A stretch of 32,000 nt of DNA from Mycolicibacterium smegmatis (GCF_001457595.1 NZ_LN831039.1:1530001-1562000), one strand, 5' to 3'; positions 16,390-25,517 are shown, counted from the first letter of the stretch. Numbers and translations are program-made. The notes: generated by a model from the sequence alone, not told the origin.

Positions 16390-17439
16390 TTACCTAGCAC
16401 TCACATTCGACGAGCGGACGGGCACGGCCGAGCCGTGCCCTGGGCGGGCTCTCTCACCGGGCATCGCGCACGACGAGCGTGTCACGAGCGATACCGGAAG
16501 TACGGTGCGTCTGCGCAGGCGGCGTCCCGGGTCGTCGAGGCGTGCGAAGAGGCGTTCGGCGGCGAACCGTCCCATTTCGTCGCCGTCCTGGTCGATCACG
16601 GTGATCGGCGGCCGCAACGCCGCGGCGGTGGGGAAGTCACCGAACCCGACGAGCGCGATGTCGTTGCGCCGCAACGCCTGCAACGCCGAGACGACGGACA
16701 CCGTGCACCGCGCGTTCGACGAGAACACCGCGGTGGGCGGATCGGGCTCGGCGAGGAAACGCCGCAGCGCGGCGGTCACGGTGTCGGTGTCGACGTCGCC
16801 GAGGTGGACGAGACGCTCGTCGTGGGGCATGTCGGCGTCGGCCAGGGCCTCGCGGCTGCCCTGCAACCGCAGGTGTGCGGTCACCACATCGTCGCCGAGG
16901 AACGCGATGCGCCGGTGTCCGTGCGAAATCAGATGTGCGACAGCCTCATACCCGCCGCCGACGTCGTCCTGGACCACGGAGTCGGCGACCAGGCGGCCGG
17001 GCATGCGGTCGACGAACACCAGGGGAGTGGTGGCCTGCCAGGGCCGCAGGAACGACATGTCGGGGCCGACGGGGCAGATGATCATGCCCGCGACCTTGCG
17101 GTGCAGCACGGCCTCGATCGACCGCTGCTCGTGCGAGGGCTCCCAGCCCACGCTGGTCACGATGACCGCCACGCCGCGGGCGCTGGCCTCACGCTCGACG
17201 GCGCCGATGATGCCTGCGAAGAACGGGTCGGCCACGCCGGGTACCGCGACACCGATCGCGGCGTCGCGACCGGTGCGGAACGACACCGCGAGCATGTTGG
17301 GGACGTACTTGAGATCCTCGATGGCCTGCTCGACCCGTCGGCGGACGTCGTCGGAGACGTAGCGATCGTTATTGACCACGCGGGACACGGTTTTCGCGCT
17401 GACACCGGCACGCTGTGCCACGTCGCGCATGGTCGCCAT
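16390..17439 (-). CDS. LacI-family transcriptional regulator (sugar-responsive)
   Basis: MATMRDVAQRAGVSAKTVSRVVNNDRYVSDDVRRRVEQ LacI HTH followed by a periplasmic-binding-type effector domain. ATG complement at 17439 has a good GGAGGTGAC RBS; the track start at 17499 adds 20 implausible residues overlapping the operator region. Confidence 0.93.
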   Translation of the reverse strand: MATMRDVAQRAGVSAKTVSRVVNNDRYVSDDVRRRVEQAIEDLKYVPNMLAVSFRTGRDAAIGVAVPGVADPFFAGIIGAVEREASARGVAVIVTSVGWEPSHEQRSIEAVLHRKVAGMIICPVGPDMSFLRPWQATTPLVFVDRMPGRLVADSVVQDDVGGGYEAVAHLISHGHRRIAFLGDDVVTAHLRLQGSREALADADMPHDERLVHLGDVDTDTVTAALRRFLAEPDPPTAVFSSNARCTVSVVSALQALRRNDIALVGFGDFPTAAALRPPITVIDQDGDEMGRFAAERLFARLDDPGRRLRRRTVLPVSLVTRSSCAMPGERARPGHGSAVPVRSSNVSAR

Positions 17440-17470
17440 CGCGTCACCTCCCCGCATTCCGGGCGCAAGT

Positions 17471-17520
17471 ATGTCACCGGTGTCAGAGTTTCGCACCATT
17501 TTTTATGACACCGATGACAT
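17471..17520. promoter_or_regulatory. Pair of candidate LacI-type operators in the divergent intergenic region
   Basis: ATGTCACCGGTGTCAG (17471-17486) and ATGACACCGATGACAT (17505-17520). Site 2 in reverse complement is ATGTCATCGGTGTCAT, a near copy of site 1. Both are CG-centred imperfect palindromes, centres 34 bp apart. Confidence 0.6.
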
Positions 17521-17600
17521 GCGCGTCGAAGTGGCGTACTCTCGCGGCTTAGGCGTGATCCAGGTAACAAGACACACAGGAAAGGGACGGCGCCCACGAT

Positions 17601-18626
17601 ATGAAGGCCGTGCTCTACGAGGCCCCCAAGACCTGGTCGGTCACCGACGTCCCCACACCGCAACCCGGAAAAGGCGAGGTGCGCATCAGGGTCGCCCAGG
17701 TGGGCGTGTGCGGCACCGACCTGCACATCCACGACGGTGAATTCGGGGCGGTGTTCCCCCTGATCCCGGGCCACGAACTGGTGGGCGTCGTCGACGCGGT
17801 GGGCGAGGGCGTGAGCCGCTTCGGCATCGGTGAGCAGGTCACCGTCAACCCCAACGTGTACTGCGGGCAGTGCCCGTACTGCCTGGCCGGGCGGCTGGGG
17901 CAGTGCGCGGCAATGCTGGGCTACGGCAGCAACTTTCCCGGTTTCTTCGCCGAGTACGCGATCGCCGACCACACGCTGGTGTTCTCCACCGAGGGTCTGC
18001 CGCTGGACACCGCGGTGTTCAGCGAGCCGACGGCATGCGCCATGCACGGCCTGGAATCGCTGCAGATGCGCCCGGGCGGCAGCGCGCTGGTTCTCGGTGC
18101 GGGCCCCACGGGTCTGCTGCTGGCACAGCTGATCGCCGCCGGTGGTGCGTCGTCGGTGACGGTGGCCGGGCCGACGCAGGCCAAGCTGGACACCGCGAGC
18201 GCGCTCGGCATCGACCGCACCGTCCGAATCTCGCGCGACGACCCCGAGGGCAACATCGCGGCGCTGATGGCGGCGTCGCCGCACGGCGACGGGTACGACG
18301 CCGTCGTGGAGGCCACCGGGTCACCCGCCGTCGGCGACATCTGCGTGCCGCTGGCGCGGCGCGGCGGCACCGTGCTGATCTACGGCGTGACGCGCGAGGA
18401 CGACATCGTGCGGTTCCATCCGTTCGACGTGTTCCGCCGCGAGATCACCATCAAGGGGTCGTTCGCCGAGATGACGTCGTTCGGCGCGGCGATCGACGCG
18501 CTGCGCGGCGGGCGGGTCCGCACCGACGGCATCATCACGCACCGCTTCGCGCTCGACGACTACGGCCAGGCGCTCGAAAAGTTACGCAGCGACCCTGCCG
18601 TGCACAAGGTGGTGATCGTGCCGTGA
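17601..18626 (+). CDS. Zinc-dependent medium-chain alcohol/polyol dehydrogenase (sorbitol/threonine dehydrogenase-like)
   Basis: GVCGTDLHIHDGEFGAVFPLIPGHELVG catalytic zinc motif; CGQCPYCLAGRLGQC structural zinc site; VLGAGPTGLLLAQL Rossmann motif; RBS GGAAAGG. Confidence 0.9.
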   Translation: MKAVLYEAPKTWSVTDVPTPQPGKGEVRIRVAQVGVCGTDLHIHDGEFGAVFPLIPGHELVGVVDAVGEGVSRFGIGEQVTVNPNVYCGQCPYCLAGRLGQCAAMLGYGSNFPGFFAEYAIADHTLVFSTEGLPLDTAVFSEPTACAMHGLESLQMRPGGSALVLGAGPTGLLLAQLIAAGGASSVTVAGPTQAKLDTASALGIDRTVRISRDDPEGNIAALMAASPHGDGYDAVVEATGSPAVGDICVPLARRGGTVLIYGVTREDDIVRFHPFDVFRREITIKGSFAEMTSFGAAIDALRGGRVRTDGIITHRFALDDYGQALEKLRSDPAVHKVVIVP

Positions 18627-19624
18627 CACCCGCACGTCCACAACTGTTGCCGCCCAACATCATCGAACACTGGTACGCAGGGGGTCCGGCCCTTTCCGCG
18701 TGGCGCGGGCTGCCGCCGGTGGGAGAGCGCAGCCCTGAGGAATGGGTCGGCGCGACCGTCGGCCGGTTCGGCGAACCCGACCGCGGGCCCGCGAAACTGG
18801 CCGACGGGACGCTGCTGCGTGACGCCGTCATCGCCGACCCGGCCGCCTGGCTGGGCACTTCGAACTCCGACGGTGACACCGGTGTGCTGGTCAAGCTGAT
18901 CGACGCCGGGCAACGCCTGCCCGTGCACGTGCACCCGACGCGTGACTTCGCGGTGCGCCACCTCGACTGCGTGTACGGCAAGACCGAGGCCTGGTATGTG
19001 CTGCAGACCCGCGGCGACGCCGAGGTGTGGGTGGGATGGCGCGAGGACGTCGACCCGGCACACATCCGCGCGCTCGTCGAATCCCAGGACAGCGCCGCGA
19101 TGCTCGCGCTCATGAACCGGATCGAGGTGCGCCCCGGTGACGGGGTGCTGGTGCCCGGCGGCACCGCACACGCGATCGGTGCGGGGGTGCTCGTGGTGGA
19201 GGCCCAGGAGCCCACCGACCAGTCGATCCTGTTGGAGCGCACCAACACCACCGCGTCCGACGCCGAGATCTTCCTGGGGCTGGACCGCGACGTGGCGCTC
19301 TCGGCGCTGGATCCACATGCGCTGGCGGATCCTTCGACCGTGCTGCGCCACGCCGACGGGAACGGGTTGTTCCCCGTACTGCCCGACGCCGCGGACCCGT
19401 ATTTCCGCATGGAGATCCTCACCGCCGGAGGGCGCGTACCCGCCGGGTTCGCGGTGGCCGTGGTGCTGAGCGGACGCGGCGTGCTGCGCGCCGCGGACTC
19501 GGCACTGGAGGTCGCCGCGGGAAACACGCTTGTGGTGCCGGCCGCGTCCGGCGACTGGCAGGTGGACGGAGAGGCCCGTCTGCTGGTCTGCCGGGCCGGC
19601 ACCACGTGGCCGCCAGGACGATAG
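18623..19624 (+). CDS. Class I mannose-6-phosphate isomerase-like (cupin) protein
   Basis: PVHVHPTRDFAVRH, YGKTEAWYVLQTRGDAEVWVG and GGTAHAIGAG match PMI type-I metal-site motifs; GTG 18623 overlaps the upstream stop (GTGA). The track's N-terminal extension (17870 start) is out-of-frame overlap with the dehydrogenase. Confidence 0.82.
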   Translation: MTPARPQLLPPNIIEHWYAGGPALSAWRGLPPVGERSPEEWVGATVGRFGEPDRGPAKLADGTLLRDAVIADPAAWLGTSNSDGDTGVLVKLIDAGQRLPVHVHPTRDFAVRHLDCVYGKTEAWYVLQTRGDAEVWVGWREDVDPAHIRALVESQDSAAMLALMNRIEVRPGDGVLVPGGTAHAIGAGVLVVEAQEPTDQSILLERTNTTASDAEIFLGLDRDVALSALDPHALADPSTVLRHADGNGLFPVLPDAADPYFRMEILTAGGRVPAGFAVAVVLSGRGVLRAADSALEVAAGNTLVVPAASGDWQVDGEARLLVCRAGTTWPPGR

Positions 19625-19634
19625 GAGGCGATGC

Positions 19635-20393
19635 ATGACCGCACTGCTCGAAGCCCGCGGGATCTCCCGCAGTTTCGGCCATGTTCGCGCCCTCGACGGG
19701 GCGGACTTCGACATCGACGCCGGTGAGGTCGTCGGGCTGATCGGCGACAACGGCGCAGGCAAATCCACGCTCATCAAGGCACTTTCGGGCAGCCTCGAAC
19801 TCGACGACGGCGAGATCCTGTTCGAGGGCAAGCCGGTGCACCTCGCGACCCCGCGCGACGCCAACGACCTGGGTATCGAGGTCGTGTACCAGGATCTGGC
19901 GCTCGCACCGCACCTCAACCCCGTGCAGAACGTCTTCCTGGGCCGCGAGATCCCGCGGCCCGGACTGCTGGGCCGGTTCGGGTTCATGGACGAGAAGACG
20001 ATGCGCAAGCAGGCCGCGGCGTCGTTCGCCGAACTCGGCGCCACGGTGCGCTCGCTGAGCGCGCCCGTGGGCTCGATGTCCGGCGGTCAGCGCCAGAGCA
20101 TCGCGATCGCGCGCGCCATCGCCTGGGCCGACAAGGTCGTGATCCTCGACGAGCCGACCGCCGCGCTGGGCGTGGTGCAGACCAAGAACGTGTTGGAGAC
20201 CGTGAAACGGGTCCGCGACAAGGGAATCGCCGTGATCTTCATCAGCCATTCGATGCCGCACGTGCTGGAGGTGTGCGACCGCATCCAGGTGCTGCGCCTG
20301 GGCCGGCGCGTGGCCACCTATCCGGGGCAGGGCACCAGCGTGGAGACCCTGGTGGGTGCGATGACCGGTGCGCTCGATGGGCGGGCGGCATGA
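19635..20393 (+). CDS. Sugar ABC transporter ATP-binding protein (single NBD, FrcA-like)
   Basis: GLIGDNGAGKSTLIKALSG Walker A, SMSGGQRQSIAIARAI signature, VVILDEPTAALG Walker B; 252 aa, one nucleotide-binding domain. ATG 19635. Confidence 0.93.
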   Translation: MTALLEARGISRSFGHVRALDGADFDIDAGEVVGLIGDNGAGKSTLIKALSGSLELDDGEILFEGKPVHLATPRDANDLGIEVVYQDLALAPHLNPVQNVFLGREIPRPGLLGRFGFMDEKTMRKQAAASFAELGATVRSLSAPVGSMSGGQRQSIAIARAIAWADKVVILDEPTAALGVVQTKNVLETVKRVRDKGIAVIFISHSMPHVLEVCDRIQVLRLGRRVATYPGQGTSVETLVGAMTGALDGRAA

Positions 20394-21508
20394 GTATGAC
20401 GAGCTCCAGCGAGAAGCCGGCCACCTCGGTGCCGGCACCCAGCGGCATCGGCGAGCACGACGAATTCGAGATCTCGCCGCTGCGGCGCATTCTCGGTCTG
20501 CAGGCGTTCTGGATCCTGGGTGTCCTGGTGGTCATCTGCCTGTTCTTCAGCGTGCTCGCGGGCGACCGGTTCCTGTCGGCCGGGAACTTCTCGCTGATCT
20601 CGCAGAACGTCGCGGTGTGGGCCGTGCTCGGCGTCGGCATGACGTTCGTGATCATCACGGCGGGCATCGACCTGTCGGTCGGATCGGTGCTGGTGTTCTC
20701 GTCGGTGGTCGCCGCCAAGGTGATGGCCGCGATGGGCGGCAACGGACCGGGGGTGGCCGCGGCCGGTCTGGTCGCCGCGGTGCTGAGCGGTATGGCGTGG
20801 GGCGCGCTCAACGGCGTGCTGGTGGCCAAGGCTCGTGTGCCCGCGCTCATCGTCACGCTCGGAACACTCTCGGTGGCACTGGGTTTGGCGCAGGTCATCA
20901 CCGGCGGCATCGACATCCGCTCGGTGCCAGCCGAACTCACCGACTTCAGCGCATACACCAAGGTGCTGGGCATCCCTGGCCTGCCGTTCGTCGCGCTGAT
21001 CATCCTGATCGTCGGCGGGATCCTGCTGCACAAGACCCGGTTCGGGCGCTACACGTACGCCATCGGGTCCAATGCGGAGGCGGCCCGTCGCACCGGCATC
21101 AAGGTCACGCGACACCTGATCGCGGTCTACGCACTCGCGGGCACCCTGGCCGGCATCGGTGCGCTGCTGTCGCTCGCGCAGTTCGGCACCACCACCATCG
21201 CGGGGCAGTCGCTGACCAACCTCAACGTCATCGCGGCCGTCGTCATCGGCGGCACGTCGATCTTCGGTGGTGAGGGCACGATCTTCGGAACCGTTGTCGG
21301 CCTGTTCATCCCCGCGGTGCTGCAATCCGGGTTCGTGATCATCGGGGTGCAGCCCTACTGGCAGGGCGTGGCCGTCGGCTCGGTGCTGATCGCGGCCGTC
21401 TACGTCGACCAGTCCCGTCGCGCCGCGGCGGCGCGTAGCGGCCGGTCGCGAAACCTCTTCAGTCGCAGAGGATCCAGTTTCAAGGAAAGGAAGGCCAGTG
21501 AACCGTAA
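20390..21508 (+). CDS. Sugar ABC transporter permease (RbsC/FrcC-like)
   Basis: VWAVLGVGMTFVIITAGIDLSVGSVLVFSSVVAAKVM, RTGIKVTRHLIAVYALAGTLAGIGALL and VIGGTSIFGGEGTIFGTVVGLFI; ATGA overlap with the upstream gene. Confidence 0.93.
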   Translation: MSMTSSSEKPATSVPAPSGIGEHDEFEISPLRRILGLQAFWILGVLVVICLFFSVLAGDRFLSAGNFSLISQNVAVWAVLGVGMTFVIITAGIDLSVGSVLVFSSVVAAKVMAAMGGNGPGVAAAGLVAAVLSGMAWGALNGVLVAKARVPALIVTLGTLSVALGLAQVITGGIDIRSVPAELTDFSAYTKVLGIPGLPFVALIILIVGGILLHKTRFGRYTYAIGSNAEAARRTGIKVTRHLIAVYALAGTLAGIGALLSLAQFGTTTIAGQSLTNLNVIAAVVIGGTSIFGGEGTIFGTVVGLFIPAVLQSGFVIIGVQPYWQGVAVGSVLIAAVYVDQSRRAAAARSGRSRNLFSRRGSSFKERKASEP

Positions 21509-22544
21509 GCGCCTCATGTTGGCGGCGGGCGTCGTGGCGCTCGCGCTGCCCATGGCTGCCTGCACGTCGTCGAAGCCGCAGGCCGACGAGTCATCCGAGA
21601 CCCCGGCTGCCGCCGGTGAGGCGCCTGCCGCCGCTGTCACCACGGTGACCGCGCCGCCCAAGGCGAGCAAGAACTACAACATCGCGTTCCTGCAGGGCGT
21701 GGTGGGCGATCAGTTCTACATCACCATGCAGTGCGGTGCGCAGGAGGAGGCCGCCAATCTCGGCGTCACGGTGAACACGCAAGGGCCGCAGAAGTTCGAC
21801 CCGACCCTGCAGAAGCCGATCCTCGACTCGATCGTCGCGAGCAAGCCCGACGCGCTGCTCGTCGCACCGACCGACGTGCAGGCCATGCAGATGCCGCTGG
21901 AGCAGGCCGCCGCGGCCGGTATCAAGGTCGTGCTCGTCGACACCACCACCAACGATCCGTCGTACGCGGTGTCGGCGATCGCCAGCGACAACGAGGGTGG
22001 CGGACGCGCCGCGTTCGAGGCCATCAAGCAGCTGCACCCCGAGGGCGGCAAGGTCATGGTGATGGGCCTCGACCCCGGCATCTCGACCACCGACGCACGC
22101 ACCAAGGGCTTCGAAGAGGCCGTCGCGGAAGACCCCGGGTTCACCTATGTCGGTGTGCAGTACAGCCACAACGATCCCGCGACCGCTGCGCAGCTGATCG
22201 GCGCTCAGCTGCAACGTGATCCGGATCTGGTGGGCGTGTTCGCGGCCAACCTGTTCACCGCCGAGGGCTCGGCGACCGGCATCAAGCAGGCCGGCAAGAG
22301 CGAACAGGTCGCCGTCGTCGGCTTCGACGCCGGACCCAACCAGATCCAGGCGCTGCGCGAGGGCACGGTCCAGGCGCTCGTGGCGCAGGACCCGGGCACC
22401 ATCGGCAAGTTCGGCGTCGACGAGGCCGTCACGGCGCTCGAAGGCGGCGAGAACAGCCCCAACGTGCAGACCGGGTTCACCATCATCACCCGCGAGAACC
22501 TCGACGGTGAGGGTGGCGCCGCGGCGTACAAGTCCAGCTGCTGA
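21498..22544 (+). CDS. Sugar ABC transporter substrate-binding lipoprotein (RbsB-like fold)
   Basis: LALPMAACTSS lipobox; periplasmic-binding-protein sequence (VVGDQFYITMQCGAQEEAANLG..., ALLVAPTDVQAMQMPLEQAAAAGIKVVLVDT); GTG start preceded by GGAAAGGAAGG, overlaps the permease by 11 nt. Confidence 0.93.
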   Translation: MNRKRLMLAAGVVALALPMAACTSSKPQADESSETPAAAGEAPAAAVTTVTAPPKASKNYNIAFLQGVVGDQFYITMQCGAQEEAANLGVTVNTQGPQKFDPTLQKPILDSIVASKPDALLVAPTDVQAMQMPLEQAAAAGIKVVLVDTTTNDPSYAVSAIASDNEGGGRAAFEAIKQLHPEGGKVMVMGLDPGISTTDARTKGFEEAVAEDPGFTYVGVQYSHNDPATAAQLIGAQLQRDPDLVGVFAANLFTAEGSATGIKQAGKSEQVAVVGFDAGPNQIQALREGTVQALVAQDPGTIGKFGVDEAVTALEGGENSPNVQTGFTIITRENLDGEGGAAAYKSSC

Positions 22545-22556
22545 ATTCCTCCCGCG

Positions 22557-23399
22557 CTAGGAGGACACCACCGTCAGAAGGTGGGCGACGGTGTCGGCGA
22601 TCGCCGATCGCGCGGCACGCAGGGACACCCGCGGGTCGACGCCGTCGTCGGCCGCGAGGCCTGTGCGCATGGCCGACGAGTACGCGATGTTGAGCGCGGT
22701 GCCGATGTTGACCTTGACGATGCCCGCGCGCACCGCGTCGCGCACCGTCTCGTCGGGCACACCCGAGGACCCGTGCAGGACCAGCGGGCACGGCACCGCG
22801 TCACGCAGGCGTTCGATGAGATCCAGGTCGAGTGCCGCGGTCTGCGTGGTCATGGCGTGTGAGCTGCCGACCGCGACGGCCAGTGCGTCGACGCCGGTGG
22901 CAGCGACGAACTCGGCGGCCTGGTCCGGGTCGGTGCGCACGCCGGGGGCGTGGGCGCTGACCACCTGGGAATCCTTGCCGCCGACGTAGCCGAGTTCGGC
23001 TTCCACGGTCAGCCCGCGGGCACGCAGGCCCTGCGCGGCCCGTGCGGTCACCGCGACGTTCTCGGCGTACGGCAGCGCTCCGCCGTCGACCATCACCGAC
23101 GAGAAGCCCGCGTCGGGCGCCTGTTCCCACAGATCGGCGGTCACCACGTGGTCGAGGTGCAGGCTGACCGGCACGCTTGCCTCGGCGGCCACCGCCGCGA
23201 GCGCGGCGCTGAGCGGGCCGAGGGTGCCGTGGAATGTCACGGCGTTCTCGCTGACCTGCAGGATCACCGGGAGACCTGCGTGTTCGGCGCCGTCGACGAT
23301 GCCGTGCGCGTGCTCGAGGGTGATGACGTTGAACGCCGCGACACCGCGGCCGGCCGCGCGGGCGGGCGCGATCAACTCGGCCGTGGTGACCAGCGGCAT
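22557..23399 (-). CDS. Class II (zinc) fructose/tagatose-bisphosphate aldolase family protein
   Basis: SLHLDHVVTADLWEQAPDAGFSSVMVDGG, VEAELGYVGGKD, VGSSHA, LVLHGSSGVPD and KVNIGTALN motifs. Start at 23399 (MPLVTTAELIAPARAAGRGVAAFNV); the track start at 23525 crosses into the divergent kinase gene. Confidence 0.9.
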   Translation of the reverse strand: MPLVTTAELIAPARAAGRGVAAFNVITLEHAHGIVDGAEHAGLPVILQVSENAVTFHGTLGPLSAALAAVAAEASVPVSLHLDHVVTADLWEQAPDAGFSSVMVDGGALPYAENVAVTARAAQGLRARGLTVEAELGYVGGKDSQVVSAHAPGVRTDPDQAAEFVAATGVDALAVAVGSSHAMTTQTAALDLDLIERLRDAVPCPLVLHGSSGVPDETVRDAVRAGIVKVNIGTALNIAYSSAMRTGLAADDGVDPRVSLRAARSAIADTVAHLLTVVSS

Positions 23400-23428
23400 G
23401 ACACTCCTGAGGGGACTTGACCCAACTC

Positions 23429-23472
23429 CAACCAGACGCAACCATATCCACGTAAACCCAATCAACGCAATC
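23429..23472. promoter_or_regulatory. Candidate direct-repeat operator in the divergent aldolase/FGGY-kinase intergenic region
   Basis: CAACCAGACGCAACC (23429-23443) and CAATCAACGCAATC (23459-23472), consensus CAAYCA-ACGCAAYC, about 30 bp apart. Confidence 0.35.
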
Positions 23473-23484
23473 GGCGGTGTGTGC

Positions 23485-24732
23485 ATGGCGTTCGCAGGCC
23501 TCGACGTCGGAACGACGTCGAGCAAGGCCGTTGTCTACGACGGCGAGGGCACAGTGTTGGGGACCGGTCGCGCACCCATGCACTGGGACACGGGCTCGTT
23601 CGGCACGCAGACCGATTCGGAACGTCTGTGCCGCAGTGCATTCGACGCCCTGAACGCCGCCGCGCAGGCAGCGGGCGTGCCGGTGCAGGCGGTCGGTGTG
23701 ACGAGCATGGGGGAGTCCGGCGTCCTCGTCGACGCGCAGGGGGAATCGCTCACCCCGGTGATCGCGTGGCATGACGACCGCGACGGTGCCGAGGTCGCCG
23801 ATCTGGTCGCCACCATCGGCCCGGACACGTTCGGCGGGGTCGCGGGCAAGCCCCTGCGCGGTCAGTGGTCGCTGACCAAGCACCGCTGGCTGCTGACGCA
23901 CGATCCCGCGGCCCGCGCCGCCGTGCAACGGTTCGATGTCGCCGGTTGGGTGGTGCACCGGTTGGGCGGTGACCCGGCCCTGGAGATGTCGCTGGCGGGG
24001 CGCACCGGATGGTTCGACATCGCCGCCGGTGACTGGTGGGACGACGCACTCGCCTGGTCGGGTGCGACACGCTCGCTCATGCCGCCCGTGGTTCCCGCGG
24101 GAGCGCCGGTCGGCATGATCACCTCCGACGACGTGAATTTGTTGCTGCGCAACGCCGTACTGACGTTTGCCGGGCACGATCACCAGGCGTCCGCGCTCGG
24201 GGCACGCGCGACCGGTCCCGGCCACGAACTGGACTCGTCCGGCACTGCCGAGGCGTTGGTGCGCACCATCGACGCGCTCCCGTCGCGCGGCGATATTGCG
24301 CGCCTCGCCGAGGCGGGTATCACCACCGATCCGAGTGTCGAGGCGGGCCACTGGAGTCTGCTCGGTGGGACCGAGGGCGGACTCGCGCAGCAACGCGCGA
24401 TGGAGCGCCTCGGCATGGACCTCGCCGAACTCGACCGGGCCGCCGAGTCTCCGGGGTCCGAGGCGGGGGCACAGTGGCGCGCGGTCGTCGAGAAGGCCGC
24501 CGACGAGGCGCTCGCGCTGCACCGTGCCATGGATGACGTGGTGGGCCCCGCCGTGCGTGTCGTGGTCACGGGCGGCTGGCGACACAGCTCAGAGGTCATG
24601 CGCGCCAAACGGTCTCGTTTTCAGAACCTTGAGGTGTCGCCCGTCGAGGAGGCCGGTGCGCTGGGCGCGGCGACCCTCGCCGCGCGGGCCTGTGGGGCAA
24701 TCGATCCGCACGAGCACCTGGGTGTGGCATGA
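23485..24732 (+). CDS. FGGY-family carbohydrate kinase
   Basis: MAFAGLDVGTTSSKAVVYDGEG N-terminal phosphate-binding motif; GVTSMGESGVLVD; AGHDHQASALGA; VVVTGGWRHSSEVMRAK; EEAGALGAATLAARA. Confidence 0.9.
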   Translation: MAFAGLDVGTTSSKAVVYDGEGTVLGTGRAPMHWDTGSFGTQTDSERLCRSAFDALNAAAQAAGVPVQAVGVTSMGESGVLVDAQGESLTPVIAWHDDRDGAEVADLVATIGPDTFGGVAGKPLRGQWSLTKHRWLLTHDPAARAAVQRFDVAGWVVHRLGGDPALEMSLAGRTGWFDIAAGDWWDDALAWSGATRSLMPPVVPAGAPVGMITSDDVNLLLRNAVLTFAGHDHQASALGARATGPGHELDSSGTAEALVRTIDALPSRGDIARLAEAGITTDPSVEAGHWSLLGGTEGGLAQQRAMERLGMDLAELDRAAESPGSEAGAQWRAVVEKAADEALALHRAMDDVVGPAVRVVVTGGWRHSSEVMRAKRSRFQNLEVSPVEEAGALGAATLAARACGAIDPHEHLGVA

Positions 24733-25517
24733 CCACGACCGGAGCGACGCGGACCTGGTTCCCCGACGAACGCCACGCCGAGGTGCTGCGCCTTCTCGAC
24801 GCCGAACATCGGGTCGAAAGCGCACGGTTGGCAAGCCTTTTCGGGGTCAGCGCGGAATGCGTGCGCAAAGACCTCGCCCAATTGGAGGCGCGTGGACTGC
24901 TGCGGCGCGTGCACGGTGGCGCCGTGCCTGCCATCAGCAGTCGCACCGAACCCGACGTCGCCGACCGGATCGAGAACGCCGAGGCGAAGGACGCGATCGC
25001 GCGACACGCACTGCGGTATGTTCCCGAGGGTGCCACACTGCTGCTCGACGCGGGCAGCACCACGCAGCGGCTCGCCGAAATGTTGTCCACGGCAGAAGAA
25101 CTCGTCGTCTACACCAACGCCGTACCCGTCGCCACCACGCTGCTGCGCCGGCGGATCACCGCCGTGCTGCTCGGCGGGCGCATCCGCGAGGCGACGATGG
25201 CCGCGGTGGGTGCGCTGACCACCGAGGCGCTCGCGGCGATCAACGTCGACGTCGCGTTCCTCGGCACCAACGCGCTGTCGCTCGACCGGGGCCTGACCAC
25301 GCCCGACCCCGAGGAGGCCGCCGTCAAACGGCACATGCTCGCGGCCGCGGGGCAGCGCGTGTTCCTGGTCGATTCGAGCAAGTTCGGCAGGCACAGCCAG
25401 GCCCGCCACGCCGAGCTCTCCGACGTCGACGTGCTGATCACCGACGACGGCGCCGACCCAGGGTTACGCAGGCAGCTGCGCGCGGCCGGCATCACTGTCG
25501 AGGTGGCACACCGATGA
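24729..25517 (+). CDS. DeoR-family transcriptional regulator
   Basis: RHAEVLRLLDAEHRVESARLASLFGVSAECVRKDLAQLEARGLLRRVHGGAV DeoR HTH, sugar-phosphate-binding C-terminal domain (LLLDAGSTTQRLAEML); ATGA overlap with kinase. Confidence 0.95.
   Translation: MTTTGATRTWFPDERHAEVLRLLDAEHRVESARLASLFGVSAECVRKDLAQLEARGLLRRVHGGAVPAISSRTEPDVADRIENAEAKDAIARHALRYVPEGATLLLDAGSTTQRLAEMLSTAEELVVYTNAVPVATTLLRRRITAVLLGGRIREATMAAVGALTTEALAAINVDVAFLGTNALSLDRGLTTPDPEEAAVKRHMLAAAGQRVFLVDSSKFGRHSQARHAELSDVDVLITDDGADPGLRRQLRAAGITVEVAHR

Noticed and set aside
17870-18622. N-terminal 251-codon extension of the PMI-like ORF
   Set aside because: Lies out of frame inside the dehydrogenase gene and is Arg/Gly-rich; the conserved protein begins at GTG 18623.
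20318-21670. 450-aa antisense ORF over the permease/SBP genes
   Set aside because: Overlaps conserved ABC transporter genes; sequence resembles reverse-strand noise.
24167-25513. N-terminal extension of the PfkB ORF (754-aa total)
   Set aside because: Overlaps the FGGY kinase and DeoR genes out of frame; PfkB homology starts exactly at ATG 25514.
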